Of a stretch of 64,000 nt of DNA, positions 60,938 to 64,000 are shown piece by piece. A program made the position numbers and the translations under genes. The notes under the pieces are model-generated. The model saw only the letters and a list, made by a program, of their open reading frames with translations. It did not search any database and had not been told where the DNA came from. Position 1 is the first letter of the stretch; each line of letters opens with the position of its first letter. Origin of the DNA: Dictyostelium discoideum (lineage: Eukaryota); the NCBI GenBank assembly GCA_000004695.1, contig CM000154.2, positions 2,752,001 to 2,816,000 on the forward strand. The letters run 5' to 3'.

Positions 60938-61519
60938 TTAAATTTTTTTTGAATATTTAATAAATAATTTTTGAAGAGAATCACATTCTTTTACTTTTGT
61001 TGTTATTGGATTCCAAGTTATAACTTTATCAATTTTTTTAAATAATTCACTATTAATATCACCAATGAAGTGAGCAGTAAAATAAGAATCTTTTGTATTG
61101 ACCCTTATTTGATTGGTCGGTGTTGGTTTTGGTGATTTTAATTCATTAAAAATTGCAAGTAAAATTTTTTGATCATTATCATCCATTGTTACATATGCGC
61201 CATTTGAATCTCCATTATCAGCCTTCAAAAGATTTCTTTGATAAATGTATACTAATTTATTATTTAATTTAAATTCAACTGAAAGTTCGGTTTGATTCTT
61301 TAAATTATGAAAGATACAAATAACCTTTCCAAATGATTTTTTTGAAGTATCATTATGTGACCCTCCCAATAATAGTTTATCTATTTCATCAAAATTCCAA
61401 ATAACATCAGCTGATGCGTTGTAATTTATATCACCTAATAAATTTGATTTTACGATTGTAATACTATTTAAAACAATTAAAAATAATAAAAATATTAAAA
61501 TTTTATAATAATAATTCAT
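60938..61519 (-). CDS. Secreted protein (193 aa) of unknown function with a signal peptide
   Basis: The product starts MNYYYKILIFLLFLIVLNSITIVKS. No family was recognised. Confidence 0.4.
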   Translation of the reverse strand: MNYYYKILIFLLFLIVLNSITIVKSNLLGDINYNASADVIWNFDEIDKLLLGGSHNDTSKKSFGKVICIFHNLKNQTELSVEFKLNNKLVYIYQRNLLKADNGDSNGAYVTMDDNDQKILLAIFNELKSPKPTPTNQIRVNTKDSYFTAHFIGDINSELFKKIDKVITWNPITTKVKECDSLQKLFIKYSKKI

Positions 61520-61992
61520 TTTGTTTTTTTTTTTATTAGTTTTCTTTAGTTTATTTATTTATTTTTATTTTCTATCTTTTAAAATTTTTTATTATTTTTA
61601 AATATTTAACAAAGATAAAAAAAAAAGAATTGTTTTTTTTTTTTCAAATAAAAAGAAATTATTTTGCTTAAAAAAAATTATTTTTTAAATTATTATTTTT
61701 ATTATTATTGTTTTTATTTATTATCATTAACCTATTTTTGTTTATATGTGTGGTTTATTTTTGATAATAAAAATAAATTTAATAATTCCCTTATATAGAA
61801 ATTTAAACGTGGAAATGTTTATTTTTTTTTATTATTTTAATATCGATTAATATTTTATAAGAAGAGGAATATTTTTATTACATTATTTTATTTTTATTTT
61901 ATTTTTTTTATTTTTATTTTTATTTTTTTTATTTTATGATTATTTTTTGTTTGTTTTTAGATTGTTTTTATTTTTAGAGTGGTGGTGGGGTG

Positions 61993-62025
<33 letters not shown>

Positions 62026-62026
62026 A

Positions 62027-62463
62027 TTAAGATGATGGTAGTAATTCTAAATCAGTCATTAATAAAATGTGGTCGGACGCCAATGTTAGGGATGGTAGCA
62101 TCTTATAATCTTGTTTTTCACCAATTTCTAAAACATTGTTAACTTTAAATCTATCTTTTGAGACAAATATTTGATCAATATTGCCTGTAAATGCTCCTAT
62201 AAGTAAATAAAAAATAAAATAAAAAAAACAAATAAAATAAAAAAATAAAAAAATATAAAATATAAAATGAATAAAAACAAATAATAATGGTAATAATAAT
62301 GATAATGATAATGATAGTAATGATATTAATAATAATATTATTATTATTAATATTATTATTAATAATAATAATAAAAACAATAAAAATAATAAGTATTTAT
62401 AATAAAAAAATAAAAAAAAATTAGTAAATAAAAAAGAATAATTATAATTATAATAAAATAATG

Positions 62464-62494
<31 letters not shown>

Positions 62495-64000
62495 CAATAA
62501 CAATAATTTATAAAAATATTTACTTGAAACAATTGTAAATTTTGGTTCACCATCTGGTCTTAAACTATAAGAACTTAAAAAATTAAAATCATGTTTAATT
62601 GATTTAATTTCTGGATGATTATCAAATTGAGAAGAATTAAAAGCCGGTGGATATTTACCAGCCAATGTTAAATGATGATCATCATTCATCATTAAACCCT
62701 TGGTCATAAAATTATAACAACTATCATCAGGGGAACTATTAAAATCACCACAAACCACGATTGGAATATTATTTTCTAATTTATTTACTTGAATGAAATT
62801 TGATAAAATCATTGTGAACAAATGAATTTGAACACATTGAATATGATAATTATAACCTTGAGAGCCCCAATACATATGTTTTGAAACGACTATCATCTTT
62901 TGTTTAGTTTGTTTATCCTGTAGTAACACCAATGCATGATGAACATGATGTGATGAATGTTCAAGGAAATGAGTTATACATGATTTATAAATTGGATCTT
63001 GAATTAAAATTTCAACCAATTCCTTTTTCAATAGTTTTTGATCGGGTCTATTTAATTTTGTATAATCAATTTCCAAACCTTGTAATAAGTTGAATCTATC
63101 CTTTTTGAAAAATATGAAACAACCTTCACGATAACTATTATTAAAACCACCCATTGTAGTTTGTGGTGATTCATTGGAATCATTAGCATAGGATGGGTAA
63201 TAGTCATAACCGCCACGTACATTCATCTCTTTAAATAATTGCCAATATAATCTATCAACTTCTTGTGTACCAACTATATCTGCTTTATATTGTAATATCT
63301 GTTCAATTAACAAGTAACTTCTATAAGAATTCCAACGTAATGAATAACTTGCTGAGTGAGTATACCAACTATCTGAAACATAACAATCTGCTAATATATT
63401 ATATTGTATAATTCTATATTGATTATTAATATTATTATTATTATTATTTAATGGTTCATTTATTTTTAATAATTCTCTACTCTTTTCAAATAAAATTTTA
63501 TGTTTATATTCAATTATTATTGGTATTTCATTATCATTATTATTACTATTATTAGATGATGTTGATGATGATGATGATGATTTATTAAATAATTTTGAAA
63601 ATATATTATTTGATTTATTTTCATGTTGTTCAAAAATTAATGGTGATATTTTAATTTCAAATATTAATTCTTTACCTGAATGTTCTTTTTTTGGTGTAAA
63701 TGAAATAGTTGGCGCTGATGAATTATTTGAATAATGTAACAACTTTTCAATATTTTCACCATCTATCATCCATTTTGAAGATATAATTGCTTTACTATAT
63801 TTTAATTTTGAATTTTGATTTTTAAATGTAAAAATAAATGGTACATATGTAATTGGTTTTCCTGGGATAATACTAAAACTTTTTTCTGCTTCTCCAAATT
63901 TAAAATTTTCTGGTAATATAATTTTAAGTGGTTCTTCTTTAACTTTTGATTTTGTTACAATTGTTGATTGGGGTGGTAGGGGTGGTGGGGGTGGTGGTGT
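62027..64000 (-). CDS. Endonuclease/exonuclease/phosphatase (EEP) family nuclease, PDE12 / CCR4-Angel-like. It is partial: the 5' end lies beyond the window. The last exon is 62196-62027, and the upstream exon starts at 62524 and continues upward.
   Basis: PDE12-like blocks are present (YRIIQYNILADCYVSDSWYTHSASYSLRWNSYRSYLLIEQILQYKADIVGTQEVDR, VVCGDFNSSPDDSCYNF, LPSLTLASDHILLMTDLEL). The donor is CA A|GTAAAT and the acceptor is CTTATAG|. The ~327-bp AT-repeat intron is 62197-62523. The ORF remains open at 64000. Confidence 0.75.

Overview
This window is AT-rich (~75–80% A+T) eukaryotic nuclear DNA with short AT-rich introns (GTAAGT…AG), long poly-N/poly-Q coding tracts and (AAT)n microsatellites, all typical of Dictyostelium discoideum. 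It contains a nuclear lamin gene ending in a CaaX box (CLIM, consistent with NE81), a 7-unit polyubiquitin gene and a tRNA-Lys(UUU). It is not prokaryotic, and I found no CRISPR array, operon or defence island.

Gene models were built by hand from the ORF track, splice motifs and reading-frame phase. Main content, 5' to 3':
- a multi-exon secreted-protein gene on the minus strand (346–3046);
- a ~3,900-aa secreted protein gene with IPT/TIG repeats (five exons, 3696–15924);
- tRNA-Lys(UUU), followed ~120 bp downstream by a ~1.7-kb element bounded by ~165-bp inverted repeats, with no ORF inside;
- a small gene for a GPI-anchored protein;
- a divergent mitochondrial-carrier-like gene;
- Pescadillo (two exons);
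- a ~4-kb segmentally duplicated block carrying HINT paralogs, with one copy rearranged and fused to a fragment derived from the lamin gene;
- the lamin NE81-like gene (three exons);
- a gene for a PA14 / Cys-repeat type-I membrane protein with two NPxY motifs;
- an SPX-EXS phosphate-transporter homolog;
- a cluster of three small secreted Cys-rich paralogs (one with an intron, one intronless, one frameshifted) around a 100-N assembly gap;
- a PRMT gene;
- Kish/TMEM167;
- an LSm-like gene;
- an intron-containing diaminopimelate epimerase (DapF) gene;
- polyubiquitin;
- a partial PDE12/CCR4-like EEP nuclease gene that runs off the 3' end of the window.

Several tracts (about 3090–3690, 20200–20800, 41500–42120) look like low-quality, homopolymer-scrambled sequence rather than biology.
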